Position numbers and translations under genes: made by a program. Shown one piece after another: positions 1 through 17,690 of a stretch of 64,000 nucleotides of DNA (the stretch's first letter is position 1; every line of letters starts with the position of its first letter). This stretch comes from the human T2T-CHM13v2.0 reference genome, Homo sapiens: the NCBI RefSeq assembly GCF_009914755.1, contig NC_060937.1; one strand, written 5' to 3'. The notes under the pieces are model-generated. The model saw only the letters and a program-made list of their open reading frames with translations. It was not told where the DNA came from and made no database searches.

Positions 1-1317
<1,317 letters not shown>

Positions 1318-1405
1318 TATATCCCCCCTTCCTTTACAAGAGGACCCTTAATCCTAAGGGTTGCAGAGGGACGAAGATCCATCTTTGATAACCTCTTCAG
1401 GCTGA
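1318..1405 (-). mobile_element. ERV internal 3' end with polypurine tract
   Basis: Minus-strand aaaggaagggggg (1323-1335) lies a few bases upstream of the LTR TG, as expected for a PPT before a 3' LTR. Confidence 0.65.
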
Positions 1406-2058
1406 ATATCTATCAAAAGAAATGAAAACTATATGTTGAAAAGATACCTGCGCTCTCATGTTCATTGCAGCATTAGTCACAATAGCCAAACTATGGAATC
1501 AACCTAAGTGTCCACCAAGGGATAAATAGCTAAAGAAACTGTGATACAGATACACAATGGAGTACTATTCAGCCTTAAAAAAGAAGAAAATCCTGCGACA
1601 ACATTGATGAACTTGAAGGACATTATACTATGTGAAATAAGCCAGGCACAGAAAGACAAATACTACATGATCGTACTTGAATGCAAAATCTGAGAAAGTT
1701 GGACTCATAGAAGAAAAGAATTAAATGTTGGTTGCCAGGGGCTGGGTGGCGGGATAAAATTGGGAGGTTTTGTTAAAAGTGTACAAAGCTTCAGTTAGAC
1801 ACTATGAATAATTTCCAGAGATCTATTGTACAGTGTGATGATAAGAGCTAATAATAATGTATTGTATACTTAAAAATTGCTGAGGGCATAGATCTCAAAT
1901 GTTCTTACCACAATAAGTGGTAAGTATGTGAGGTGATGGATTCTTAATTCATTTGATTAAATCATTTCACACTATACATATATATATGAAAAAATGACAT
2001 TTTATAAATAAGTATATTTTTATGTGTCTATTATACCTTAATAAAGCTGAGGGAAAAA
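1406..2058 (+). mobile_element. L1M (L1MA/L1MB-type) ORF2 end and 3' UTR
   Basis: atgttcattgcagcatt, tggaatcaacctaagtgtcca, gtgaaataagccaggcacagaaagacaaatac; ends aataaagctgagggaaaaa. Confidence 0.9.
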
Positions 2059-2384
2059 GGTTTCTTTACATTAAATAGATGAAGAATAAATGTGTATATA
2101 TGTTTAAGAAGAAAAGAGTGAGAAAATTAAGCGGCTCAAGGCATTCATCTTAAAAAACTCCATTATTTAAAACTGGCCTACCATGTTGCATTAATAGGAG
2201 AGCATTATTTTGTTGGTATGGAAACCAAATAGTCAGAGGTTTCTAGGTTCACTCATTGTACACACAAACATGCACACACACTCCTAAGCTTATACAATGG
2301 GATATGCTTTTGGAAATTATTTTTATCTGGGTAATTTTAGTTATGTATTCTATCAGATATCTGTATCTGTATCTGTATGAAAAA

Positions 2385-2770
2385 TAAAAATACTCAAAAT
2401 TTAGTGACTGAAAACATGAAATTATTTCCCATGATTCTGTGGGCTAACTGTTCAGTTCTTCTTCTGCTCTTGTGTAGACCCATTCATGTAGTTGCACACA
2501 GCAAGTAATCTGGCTCACACTGGGGGTCTCAGAGAGCCTCACTAGTATGTCTTGTGCCTGGCAGGATGGCTGGGCTTCTCTCTTTCATATGGCCTTTCAT
2601 CATGGCCACTTTGTATGATGGCAATAGTATTTCAGTTAAAAATGAAGGTGAGCTGTTGTAGCAGAATAACATTCTGTTATTCACAGCAAATTACAAGGAT
2701 AGAGAAATAGACTATATCTCATGAGGGACACGCTGCAAAATACAGTGCCCATGTTTTTCAGTTCACTATA
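2385..2770 (-). mobile_element. Degenerate MLT1-type MaLR LTR
   Basis: aaaatttagtgactgaaaaca...atgattctgtggg and later segments resemble antisense MLT1; highly diverged. Confidence 0.45.
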
Positions 2771-2864
2771 TAACCTAGTATACTAGTAGTGAAAATTTCC
2801 AGAAATGATAGTTATGCGACAAAAAGGGAGGGAAAAGCAGCTACGTCAGATTAATAACAAGCAT

Positions 2865-3078
2865 GTATTTTGAATACAAAGTTGGGTTCAAATTTTCTCA
2901 ATGATCTTCACTAGCTCTGTGAAGTTGAGCAATTTAATAAATTTCAGATTGTTTTAAATGGGTTTAATAATACCACCTTAATTAAGTTGATATGATAATC
3001 AAATGAAATAGTCTATATAATTGTAAAGTACTTAGCATAGTATTTAACATATAGTATAAAAGAGCAGTTATTATTATT
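2865..3078 (+). mobile_element. MIR
   Basis: ttgggttcaaat, cactagctctgtgaagttgagcaa, aaatggg..aataatacc, gtaaagtacttagcatagt. Confidence 0.7.
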
Positions 3079-3557
3079 TAATTAATTTGCTGTTTAGATT
3101 GAGTTACTTTTTTAAGGGTACACACAGAAAGAAGTTATTATTATTTTTTAAACAATCTTGGATGAAGTCTCCTTTTATACTTATCCCCAACCTGTGTCAT
3201 TAGAGTAGAGCATGTAGAATTTTCTGGTTTCTCCCAAATATTGATAGAATGTTATCCTTTTTGGGTATTGAAATGTAAGTTTTGTGTAACATGAAACATT
3301 AATCTCTCAGCTAGTTCAAAGTTTCTCTCTATTCTCTGCATTGAATCTGCCTTAAATCTCCATTTGGACATATGGTTGGGTGTTTTTCACCATTTCCTTT
3401 TAAGAAACATATTTTCCTCCCCTATTTACTACCTGTCTTTAGATCCTTCAGGGTTCGCTTGAAGAAAGTAAGTTCCAGCAAAGAATTTCTTGCTATCATA
3501 ACAAGACATCATCCAAAACTAATGACCTCTCCTGTGTGGCATATGTCAAAATGCCAC

Positions 3558-3904
3558 TGCTAGAGACTGAATCTTTGTATCCAATCAAAAATCAGAAACC
3601 CCAATGCAATGTTATTTGGAAATGAGCCCTCATGGGGAGTAATTAGATCATGAGGATGGAGCCCTCTTGACTGGGAGTCATTTTCTATGAGAAGAAATAT
3701 GAGAGACATGATCTCTTTCTCCACCATGTGAGAATATATGAAAAAGGTAGTTATCTGCAAAATGGGAAGAGGGCTGTTACCAGACACCAAATCTGTTGGC
3801 ATGCTGATCTTGAACTTTCTAGCCTGAAGAACTCTGAGAAATAAATATTTGCTGTTTAAGTACTTTGTTTATGGTATTTTCTTATAGCAGCCCAAACTAA
3901 GTCA
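3558..3904 (+). mobile_element. MLT1A-type MaLR LTR
   Basis: aattagatcatgaggatggagccctc, ccagacaccaaatctgttggca, tgagaaataaat, atagcagcccaaactaag. Confidence 0.85.
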
Positions 3905-3949
3905 GCTAATTTTCTTTTTGTCCAAAAAACAGACAATGACATGAAATGA

Positions 3950-4146
3950 CATGTAAGTTATCATGACAATGATAACATGTAAGTTATCATGACAATGATA
4001 ACATGTAAGTTATCATGACAATGATAACATGTAAGTTATCATGACAATGATAACATGTAAGTTATCATGACAATGATAACATGTAAGTTATCATGACAAT
4101 GATAACATGTAAGTTATCATGACAATGATAACATGTAAGTTATCAT
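3950..4146. repeat. Minisatellite, 26-bp unit atgtaagttatcatgacaatgataac, about 7.5 identical copies
   Basis: Units start at 3951, 3977, 4003, 4029, 4055, 4081 and 4107, with a partial at 4133; no mismatches seen. Confidence 0.97.
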
Positions 4147-4856
4147 TTCAAATGGACCAATTTTAAAGTAAGATGGGGGCTCCAAATGCCATTATGAGCT
4201 ATTAGTTGACTAACTGCAGGCATAAATTGGAATTATTCCAAGAAAGGTGAGTTGAATCTGGCCTATTCTGGAGCAATTTTGTAGGTTTCTTGCAGTTTAT
4301 CTTACTGGACACAGCCAACTAGAATTTTCTGGCAATACCAATCTCTAGCTGATCTATGACTTCTGTACCTTCTTTCCACTGAGATCACTTCAGTTGGGAG
4401 CCCATTCAGGAGGTGTTGTATTCAAGATGACTTTTGCTATGGGATAGATATTAACCACATATGGAATGGACATGAATCCATCCTATAGCCATTGGAAATG
4501 CTTGCATTTCATTTCCTCAGAATGATTCCAAGTCAATTTTGCTCTTCAGCCACTCTCCCAAATGAAATCATATCCATTCCTTTTATATTTCATAGAAAAA
4601 CAAACATTCCTCTCTGTGTTGATGAACTGTGTTGTGTGGTTGTTTGATTTGTGTTTATTTTTTTACCCCCAAAGGAAGCCATGATATCATGTACAAATTA
4701 TCTTTCATTTACTGTCCAAGCACAATGCTTAAGTATGCAGTATGTAGTATACCATAAGAGACATATCATTGGTTAAAAGATAAATTAAAATATTAATTGT
4801 AGCCATAAGACTTGCTTAAACATTTCACAGGGCTAATACTTCTTGTCATTTTGCAG

Positions 4857-5316
4857 TGTGATACAACCTAACCTGGGGATTTTCAATCCTGGCCTTGGAA
4901 TTTCTGTGAGACATGACCACCTCAGCACATATGTAACTTTCATAAACCTTAAAACAAAGCTTCTTCTTATAACAATAGCTTAAACTCCCTTTATAAAACA
5001 ATCAAACAAGAAAACACTTGGTAACTGAAATAGACTAAATACAGGTATAAGAAAGTAGGAAGAGACTCTCAGACTCTATGAATGGTCTCCAAACAGAGAC
5101 CCTCCAGCTCAGTTGATTGTCTGCCCACATGATTGTATCTGCCCAATGACACTGGCCTGCCCCTGCCATTCATCTTGTAAGAGTGCTTCCAGAATAAACT
5201 GCTTCAACATTACACCATGTCTTAGACACATCTTTGGCACAAATCAAACCAAAGGAGAGAAGTCTTTCCTGGGGAAGCTGGTCAACTAGAACAACTCAAA
5301 ATCCCAGAACATGACA
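4857..5316 (+). mobile_element. Putative old solo LTR, family not recognised
   Basis: About 460 bp with TG...CA ends, TATAA at 5046 and AATAAA at 5193 in LTR-like order; more GC-rich than flanks; no clear TSD. Confidence 0.4.
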
Positions 5317-6104
5317 AGGAGTTAATAAATATTTGCTAAATAAATTAACTAATCAAAAATTCAAAAGTGGGTCCATCAAGATTTGCAAAGGAAAAGAAAT
5401 CAATGGATTGATCAACATAGGACTATTTAGAAATTCATAATATGAGCTATCCTGGGCCAAGTTCTGGATTCTGTTGAAATGTGTTCTTCAGGGATAATGT
5501 ACTGCTAAAAGTACTTTTATATTTACACAAAAGAGAGTTAAATAAATCTGATATAAAAATTGGAAATTCCCAATGGAAAGCTATTTTGAAATATGTGTTG
5601 ATTTAATTCATAAGAATTTTCTTTGCTTCAGGAAAGGATTTCTTATGAGGGAATACTATTTTGATATTCTGTAAGCCCAAGCTAAGAACATTTTGAAGTG
5701 TTGGCAACCTGCACACTGAATTAAATTAGAGTAATAATGGCCCTCAGTGCTACCACTGTATGAAACTTCAATGAGGTGTATTTTGTGGAATTAGCCACTT
5801 TAGTTAGCACACTGATATCCTAGGGAAAGCCTTAGAATTCAGTCTTGTATATGAGGATTGAAATACCCAAGAGATACTATAATTAAAGCACAGTCATTTC
5901 TCTATAATAAATTAGAAAAATGCTCAGATGTGATATCTTATAGTTCCATAGACTGCAATTTCAAAATTAGAAATAAAATAATTTTCTTTTCCAAAAAGAA
6001 ATGTAAATATTGAACAAAAGTTACATTTCAAAAGTTAAGTCTGTTGGGAAGAAGAAAGTACAACAGAAAGACAGAATTATATAAGTTTTAAGAATAAAAG
6101 CACA

Positions 6105-6731
<627 letters not shown>

Positions 6732-7023
6732 CTATTGGTTATTTTTAGTTAATAGGTATTGAGAAAGAGAAAAAATATTACAAGAGAAAAAGCAAAACAT
6801 AATTATTTTTTAAACTATATAGTAAAAACAGAGTAATGAAAATTGTTTACTGAAGGGTAACTGTTTTCCATCTATGTATACATGTGCAGACATATAGAAA
6901 AGTATTAAAAAACTAGGGTAGCTGTTAAACACATCTTAATGACCAGTCTGGCTAGGATATAAATGGCACATAGTAATGGTAAAAGTGGCAATTCATCATC
7001 GGTGTCAATTTGGGAAACAGGGC

Positions 7024-7414
7024 TGCTATGGTTTGAATATTTGTATCCTGCAAACTTAATGTTAAAATTTAATCTCCAGTGCGGCATTTTTGAGAGGTAG
7101 AACCTTTAAGAGATAATTGGGTCATACGGGTTTTGCCCTCATGAATGGATTAATCCATTCATGGATTAATGGACTAATAGGTCATCATGGGAGTGGGACT
7201 GCTGGTTTTACAAGAAGCTAGTCCCTTCCCCATGTGATGTCCTGTACCACCTCAGGACTCTGCAGAGTCCCCACCAGCCAAGAAGTCCTTCACCAGATGT
7301 GAGCCCTTGAGCTGAGATTTCTCAGCCTTCATAACTCTAAGAAATAGATTTCTTTTCTTGATAAATTAGCTAGTTTCAGGTATTCTGTTATAAGCAATAG
7401 AAAATGAACTTACA
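7024..7414 (+). mobile_element. MST (MSTB/C-like) MaLR LTR
   Basis: tgctatggtttgaat start, ctcatgaatggattaatcc, tattctgttataagcaatagaaaatgaact end. Confidence 0.88.
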
Positions 7415-7650
7415 TAACGGTAAAATTCAGGCTCAGTGGTAAATACTCTTATAATTAGAGATCAATTACCTTTCAGTCATGAGCACATGGCAACATGGAA
7501 GCCTATCTTATTTTCTGTTTTTTAGCCAAAGGACTGGTATATGTTTTAGAAAACAGGCAAGAGTCAAACTAAATGCATTTGTTGAACATAACACATCAAA
7601 GCTGAAGTTAAATCAATTTAACTTCTAGTCTCACATGAAAGTAACATGAC

Positions 7651-7885
7651 AAGTCATAGAAACAGAGATTAAGTTTGTGGTTGCCAGGGGCTGGAAGAGA
7701 GGGAAATGGGGAGTTGCTTACTGCATGTAAAGTTTCAGTTATACAAGATGAATATTTTCCAGGTATCTTCTGTCCAACAATCTGCGTTGGGTTAACAGCG
7801 ACGTATTGTGCACTTCTTAAAAATGTGTTAAGAAGGTAAGTCTCACATTAATTGTTTTTATCACAATAATAATAATAAGTAAATA
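7651..7885 (+). mobile_element. L1M 3' UTR fragment
   Basis: gtggttgccaggggctgg, aaagtttcagttatacaagatgaata, gtattgtgcactt. Confidence 0.8.
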
Positions 7886-8819
7886 AATTGCCCTAGAAAA
7901 ATGTCAAAAAAGTTAGATTCTGAATTCTGATGTAAATAGTGACAAGTTTTAAAGTAACGCTACTCTCAAGGCAGTTTAGGTACATTCATACATTTCCTAT
8001 AAAAGATTTTTTGGCCAATGTATGTGGCAAGGCTCAATGATGACAGTAGGGGATGTGTGTTACTCAAGAGAGCAAGCTTCTTATGGATTTTAGTAACACT
8101 GTTATATCAAAACAATAACTTTATTTGTAACTAAACCAACAATTCAATGACATTGCACATGTTATCTATTTTAAAATATACTTTCAAATGCTTTCTATAT
8201 AAAGAAAACCAATTTATATTTTACCATATTTGTGCATAAATATGTGTTTACTATTGCAGATTTTGGTCATATAGTAAATACATTCTTAAGTTCTGGGTAT
8301 GTGAAGTTTTGAAATTTTACTTGACCTTTGTACTGCAGCCAGATGACTAATTATATGTAATTGGTTCTCAATCCCAAAATACCATTGAAAAGATAGAGGA
8401 AATAATAAATATAAAACCCAGAATGAGTGCCGTAAGATGCCTCAAGTCTTAAAACTTTTAAGGAATACCCTAAGAAAAGTGAAATAAAATTGTCATAGAC
8501 ACTCATTAGAGCTAAAAAATTTGAAAACCATACGGTTGAAACAACTTCCAAAAAAGTAATTTCCCTACTGAAGCTTCATAAAATCCACCACATAGGAAAG
8601 AATAGTGCCACCAGCCGAGTGGACGCCTTGCCATAATTTGAGTTAATTACACAAAAAATATGTAACAATTACTGAGATTTCAGCTGTCAAAGCTAGGTTT
8701 TGCTTTCCAGGATAAACCCATTTGTACAGCTCTAAGTAATTCAGAAATGCAAATCATAATCAAGTAAAATGAATGTGAGATTTGGATGAAAGAAAAAAGA
8801 AAGCCAGTTTAGCTGTACA

Positions 8820-9050
8820 TACTTTGACACCGACTCACACACACATTAACAAGATACACAGGTCTGTAAATGCATATACTCATGCATACACATTCACATA
8901 CATCTCCACATGAACAAAGGCACCCGTACATGAACGTGTGCATGCATGTACATACATTTAAATATACACACACTTACACCGAGGTTTACATACAGTCATG
9001 CACATATGAACATCCACACACATATTTATAAATGCACACAAACACACTTT
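8820..9050. repeat. Degenerate (CA/TA)-rich low-complexity tract
   Basis: Many acac/atac/atgc motifs; a decayed microsatellite. Confidence 0.6.
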
Positions 9051-9589
9051 GTGACAGAGCCCCTGTAATTACAATCTAAATATACAGAGAAATACCATAT
9101 TATTAAATGGAAGTACTCCATATTTTAAATATTTTCCTTCCATGGGGAAATTAATGGAAATTACCTACTATTTAAGCATGATTCAACATGGGAACTTATC
9201 GCGTATGCTGAATATTATATTAAAAGAAAAAATTAGCCTTAAATATATATTTTAGAAAGCAGTTTTCTTAAAAATGAACTAGATATTAAATTTATTAAAA
9301 GTAGAAATAAAAAGAATGAATGTTAACTTTAAAATCTAACAGACAATTTAATAACAATAAGTTCCAAAAAGGGTCCGTAAAAAAATTTATAGTAGGTTTC
9401 ATCAATAAAACAAGATGCTGATTCCTTGAAGAGAATCTGAGACTAGTGAAACCTTTGCAAATTTGATGAAGACATGTAAAATAAGGTAAGAAAAGAATGT
9501 ACAAAAACTTAGTGTATATATATATATATGTAAGTCAAGAAATTTAAAAAACTTTTAGATTATTCTACATTAAGAATGATAATAATATA

Positions 9590-11060
<1,471 letters not shown>

Positions 11061-12570
11061 ATCTATCAAATATATAATCATATAGAAGCTTTTCCTGATT
11101 TCTTTTTTAGTTTTACAATGGTAACTGAATAATGAATTAAGTTTTATATAGATATACCTATAATATAGAAAATATTCTTAAATTTAGTGAATACTTAGGA
11201 AAATTATTTTTTAAATCAATATAAAACATGATGAAATCTCACAGAATTTGAAATATGTATTATTCTTAAAGACCAGAGAACTTGTTTTATGCTATTAAAA
11301 TATCCTATTCCCAACACTTAACACACTGCATCATTCAAAAACATTGTGTGAAATCTCTAAAGACTAATTAAATTAATTAATTAGTTTTTAAAGCATATAT
11401 AATTATCTCTATTTTTATTCAATATTTCAGAAAAATAAATTTAAATTTTTATATATTTATATTGAATAAGAAGAAATTGAAACGAAAACTTATTTTCATT
11501 AAGTTCTGGCACTAATAAACTGGATCTTCTAAATGTAACAATAGGAAACAAATTGCCTGCCAAGGAAACAACAGGCAGTGAAAAATCTATCTGGTCCTGC
11601 CTGCAGTTCTGAGCCTTATTCTCCGACAGCTGTTACTAGAAGATCTTTTAATGAGTCCCTTTTGTGAAGTGTAAGGTGAAAAGCCAACTTAGAGCATGAT
11701 GAAAATGAATCACAGGCATATTAGTAGTGGAATATAACGGAAGAAATTAAGTATTACAAGTGAGAAATTACATTTTCAACGTTGCATGCACAGTAACTAC
11801 CAGATCAGATCATTTCTGTCAGTATTGAGCAATAATATTTTAAATACTTGTAATATTTAATTTAAGCTACTTATAATGCTGGTAGCAGTTGTTAAGGAAA
11901 TCCAGTATCATAGTGAACGTTCCAGTTTTCCATTTTCACCAAAGGGGAACAAATGGGGAATTATTTTAAAAAGATATTATTTATGTATATGAAAACTTTC
12001 AGGAGATAACATTGACTCCCAGAATTTAATCCCAAACATAAAAATATGTTTTACTTCTAAGAATTATTACTTAATAATGGAGTTGGCATGTCTTTTGCAA
12101 TTTCCGGAAAGTACATACAAATCATGTGTGTCATCCATGTCTATGGCTACTTGCCCAGGTTGGTTGAAATATGGTGCTAATGAGAATAAAGTCTAAGATC
12201 TAGTCGCTGTGTTGTCAGCTAGCCTTTCCAATTTCTTGATCAGATATCGTACCTTCAAAATAGACCTACCTTTCAAAGATGCACTAGTACTCACAAGGGA
12301 GACCATGAAATGGAAAGGAACAAATCCAGCCCTACCAAGAAAAAAAGAGATTATGGTTTATTGATGATGAGTAAATAGTTCTCTTCAAGTACAATGTTAG
12401 GCAGTATACATTGTTATGCAATGATGCCTTTTATATCGTTGTTACTTGGATGCTTTTCTGTGCAAATGAACCAAAAAATCAAATGTCTTCTATTTACTTC
12501 CTCCAAAAAGAAACTTTTAAGAAATTAGTCTACTTTCCAGTTTGAATATTTGAGCATCTAAATTAAAAAT

Positions 12571-12817
12571 TATTTTAGATACCATGTATAATTGATATTA
12601 TTATAGTACTGGTCTTTCTGTGCCTGGCTTATTTAATCTAGAATAATGTTCTCTAGATTTATCCATGGTATTGCAAGTGACAGTTTTTGAAGGCACATTG
12701 TATTCCATTGTGTATATATGCCACCTTTTTTAAATGATTAATTCATTGATGGGTACTTTGGTTGCTTCCATATGTTGGCCATTATGAACGATCCTGCAAT
12801 GAACGTGGTAATGCAGT
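12571..12817 (-). mobile_element. L1MA inverted 5' segment (ORF2 end / start of 3' UTR)
   Basis: tctttctgtgcctggcttattt, tattccattgtgtatatatgccac, ctgcaatgaacgtgg in antisense. Confidence 0.85.
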
Positions 12818-13480
<663 letters not shown>

Positions 13481-15347
13481 TTATATAATATAAAATTAAT
13501 ATATATCATTATTTTAATATTTTATTTAATTTTCAATGAATATTTTTATTAGAGTTACAGGAGACTATACATTTGAGAGGGCATAGAGAAACACAGAAAT
13601 ATATCACATTTGTTTATCAATTTATTCACAGGTTTAGATTTAATCACTTCTATGTCCCTGTTGTTCTACTCAGTATTGGACAGATGAGATTTTCATTGTT
13701 TCCTGGGGTCTACCATAATTGAATTTCCTAAAGAAATGGTTTCCAAACTTTCCTAGTCTATGGACATTCAGTTGAGCATAACACTTAACACAACTGCCTT
13801 TAATACAATTCCATTAAAACAATATCTCTCATTATTACTTGGAAGCATGTTATAGTTTCTGATGAGACTTCACATGACATTGCCATTTAAATAAAATTTC
13901 AATTATCTTAAAAATTATTACATAAACTCCATAAACAAAATTATTATTGTATTATTATAAATATTATCATGAGTCTTTGCAGAGCATTTATATAACAGTG
14001 TGAGAACCATTCAACCTTAAAGTATAAATATGGGAATCATAGGAAGCAGGCTTATTATCAGAATAGTCAGAATTGAACAGTTCTTTGAGAGAATGAGGGA
14101 ACAGTGACATATTAGCCATAGAATGGTACTATTCTAGATTTTAAAATTGATCATCTCAATTTTAGAAAAAAAAAATGAATGTTGAGCTGTGAGCATGTGT
14201 GGGCAGGGGTAACATCTATATTAACCACCCTCTTCAAGTGCACCAAGCAACAGGACAGATTATGTCTTACATAATGGCAATTTCAGGCATTACAATGAAA
14301 TGCCATCAGATCTATATGCTTACGCATCTTGTCAATTTTTAAATTTTGGATATGTTTTGAAATATTATTATATAGTACATTTCTTGTAGTTAAAACCTCT
14401 GGTGATAACCTTGAAAGAAGGGTAACACTACTAGGTTCTGGAATTTCCAACTTAAACTCTTGTCTCCTGAGCATGGCCCAGGAAATATCGAGAGTCACTG
14501 TACTGGAAAGGATTCTGTGGACAGAGTAGTATTAATCACAGTAGTATTCAGTAATATTTATCAATTAAAAATATGTATGAGAGAAGGAAGAGTCTATGTT
14601 TCACGCTATTTTAATGTATACTTTTTTACTTTTTAAATAATTATCTTTTTAAATATCCTGCTTCTACTACCTCTAAAAGCTTAAGAAATAAGTTTTATTT
14701 TAGAATTATTAATTACTGTTTCAACATCTTGTATTATTTCTTGTCAACGTCTTAAAACTATTGAATTCTAAACAACTTTTGCTGTATACTCTTTTAAATG
14801 CAACAGGCTATGTTGATTGATATCATTATTTTCTGATAAACTCCAACATCTTTAAAAAGTTGCAGAATATAATATTTTATTCTATTCAGGGACATTTCCT
14901 TTAAGGCCAGTGTTAAAAAATTCATGCAGATCTCTCAGCAGATGTTTCTAAAGTACTACAAAGTAATCCATCTTCTTAGTTAATAGAGTACCATTACAAG
15001 ACTTCAACTATATTGCTTTTATATGTACATTTTAATTTTTCTGTTTCATAAACAATCACTTTAGTATTTTTAAAAAGTAAACATTAAGCATAGTTAAATT
15101 ACTTCTATGGCTCAGTGAAAACAGATGGTCATTGTATATTATTTAAAGTACTGCAAACTCTGGAGAATACTTTGTAGCAAATTCAGTAATTGGTTATATT
15201 CTTTGTTAAATAGTTTTACAACAGTAGCACACCCCTATGGAGATCAGATCTAAACTACAGAAACAAGTAATCCTTACTGATTCATTCCTTCAAAGAGGTT
15301 TTGAAATTAGGGGTAGAGTGGAAACCAGGATATTAATATATTGTGGC

Positions 15348-15403
15348 TTGCCCTGATCATTACTACCACAAACCTTTGCCCTGATCATTACTACCACAAA
15401 CCT
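15348..15403. repeat. Perfect 28-bp tandem duplication
   Basis: ttgccctgatcattactaccacaaacct x2. Confidence 0.95.
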
Positions 15404-16409
15404 TCCCCACATTTTTTAACTCATGGACTGTTTCTTATGATTATCATTTAGTGAATCATCATTTAGTATTAGTTAAGTATTTTATGGATACTTAATTCAA
15501 ACTTTGTCCAGCAGAATTTTATTACAAATGTTACAATAGCAGTCAGTTTAAGTACAGTTAAAACGATGCTACACTCAGAAGAACAAGGACCAAAATAATA
15601 CTTATTAGTAGTTTTGTCAGACACTATTTCCTTTGTCTCAGCTTTTTTTGTCCCTTGTCTATCACAAATACAGTCCAGATAGCAAAAGATCAGTGATGGT
15701 TTGTATGTTTAAGGATGAGTAAAGCTAACCCTCAAATTGAAAGTAAGCCATGAATAACTGAGATCAAATTTTTGAAAAATAAAGTAAGCAGTTGATTATG
15801 TATATTATTTCATATGAGAAATATGTTGCTTATGTATTTTATTCAAATATTTTCTTTTATATTCATACAGAATTTCATTTCTGGTTTGTACTTATGATAC
15901 AAATCTGTGTTGGTCAAGATATTTAATTCCTATAATTTGCAATAGCTATGCTATGATTCTTTCTGCTACTTGTTAATAATTTATAACAGTATTTTAAATG
16001 ATATTTCTCTATTATGCCAAAACTAAATGTTTCCTCATTTCCCTTATCCATAAATCTTGGAGCTTTAAAAAAAAATTGAATTGAATCCCAAGGTATTTTT
16101 GTTCCTTTTCCATAATACTGCTTTAAAAATACTTTTTAATATAAAACATGGTTCAGATTTATCTTTTGACTATAGATAATCCATGTTCAATTCTTGTAAC
16201 AATGTTTTACTTTTCCCAGAATATTTGATCAAAAAAACCTTTACTTGATTGTCCCACTTAATTTGTACAGGTGTTATGTATTTTAAATTATACAGCTAAC
16301 TAAATAACTATTAATTTTCAGTTATTTTCAACTTGTGGACATTAATTTTTTTACTGAATCTCATCATTTATGGTGAAGGCAAGTATTTTTTATAAGTTGA
16401 TATATAGAT

Positions 16410-16492
16410 ATACAGAGATGAGATGATAGAGAGAGAGATAAAGAGACAGCAGGAAAAACAGAGAAAATGAGAGAGGAAGAGGAGAGGGAGAG
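16410..16492. repeat. GA-rich low-complexity tract
   Basis: Almost pure purine run (gagagagaga, gaggaagaggagagggagagg). Confidence 0.7.
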
Positions 16493-17529
16493 GTCCTGTT
16501 CTCTGTTCTCTATTATATCACCTGGAATGTGTAACTATTTCTTTGAAAATAATTATTCTCATTTTTATAACACTGAAATCTTTCTATAACCATTGGTAGA
16601 GAAGTAAAGAATATTAGCATGAAATAATTATTAGTACAGCCATTCTATCATCTAACCCATTTAATTCCTCCATCCTGTGCGTTTTTCATTCAGCAAAATT
16701 TAGTTTCATTTTGAAAAATAGAAAAACTGTGTATGCTTAAAGACTATACTCCCCATGTTTTCAATGTAATCGTTGTTTCTTCAATAATAAAAAGATGGTG
16801 TTTATTATCTCTTTTTAATGATTATAGATAAATCTCTCAAGTTTCATATTTTAAGGGGGTGATTTTGAATGCTTTCTCAACTATAGTAAAAGATACATTT
16901 AAAATATGTATGTGTATATATACATATAGCTCACTCACATATATTTTCTGCTGAGAAAATTTTTATAGTATCTTTGATAAAGAAAATCCACATTCTATAC
17001 TGCCTATCTATGAAGAAATTGAATACCTTCCTATTTTGCCATATAAATAATTTAAAAGCTATTCCTCATCTATGCAGTTGTTATATTTCTTTCTCTGAAT
17101 GTTCTGTCAATAAAATCAACATCTAAATTCTTAATTGACACATCAAATTATAATATTGGCTTCTTATTAAGTGCCCTTTCCTTCTTGCTACACCTGAGTT
17201 TACAGAGCATTTTGCAATTAAACTCATGATTAGTTTCCTTTTTACAATGTTTTCTGCAAGTCATAAACACCTAACCTGTCAGTGAAATAAGTGCTTTGTA
17301 TGTAAATCATTACTAATAAATACAATCTCATTATTTTCTTATATAATGCTTTGAAAGTTCCACTCTGCTATTCTTTAAATTTTATTAATATCCTTTCTTA
17401 TACCTTTATAAAATATTACATATTTTCTCTCTCTTTAAGATTAATACTTTGTGAATAAATCTTTTAAAAGTGAAATGATTCCAGTTAATACTCTGTACTG
17501 AGCAAAATTACATCATGAGTGGGAGAGCA

Positions 17530-17690
17530 ATAATTGGAATCCAGGAGATTTGAGCTCTACATCCTAATCCCAACTCTAGAGAGATTTGGCTTCTAGTCTG
17601 TAGGCAGGCCTTGTAGTTGGTTAGCAGTGTTCTTATTTGTAAAATGAAAAGATTAGGCTAGGTAATGTCCAAGTCAGCTTTTTTTCTAAA
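17530..17690 (+). mobile_element. MIR-family relic
   Basis: ggaatccaggagatttgagctct and tcttatttgtaaaatgaaaagattaggctag. Confidence 0.5.

Noticed and set aside
3950-4146. CRISPR-like array of palindromic repeats
   Set aside because: No unique spacers and no cas genes; a pure tandem repeat in primate DNA.
7140-7163. 24-bp perfect palindrome catgaatggattaatccattcatg
   Set aside because: As I recall it, this is a feature of the MST LTR consensus rather than a locus-specific structure.
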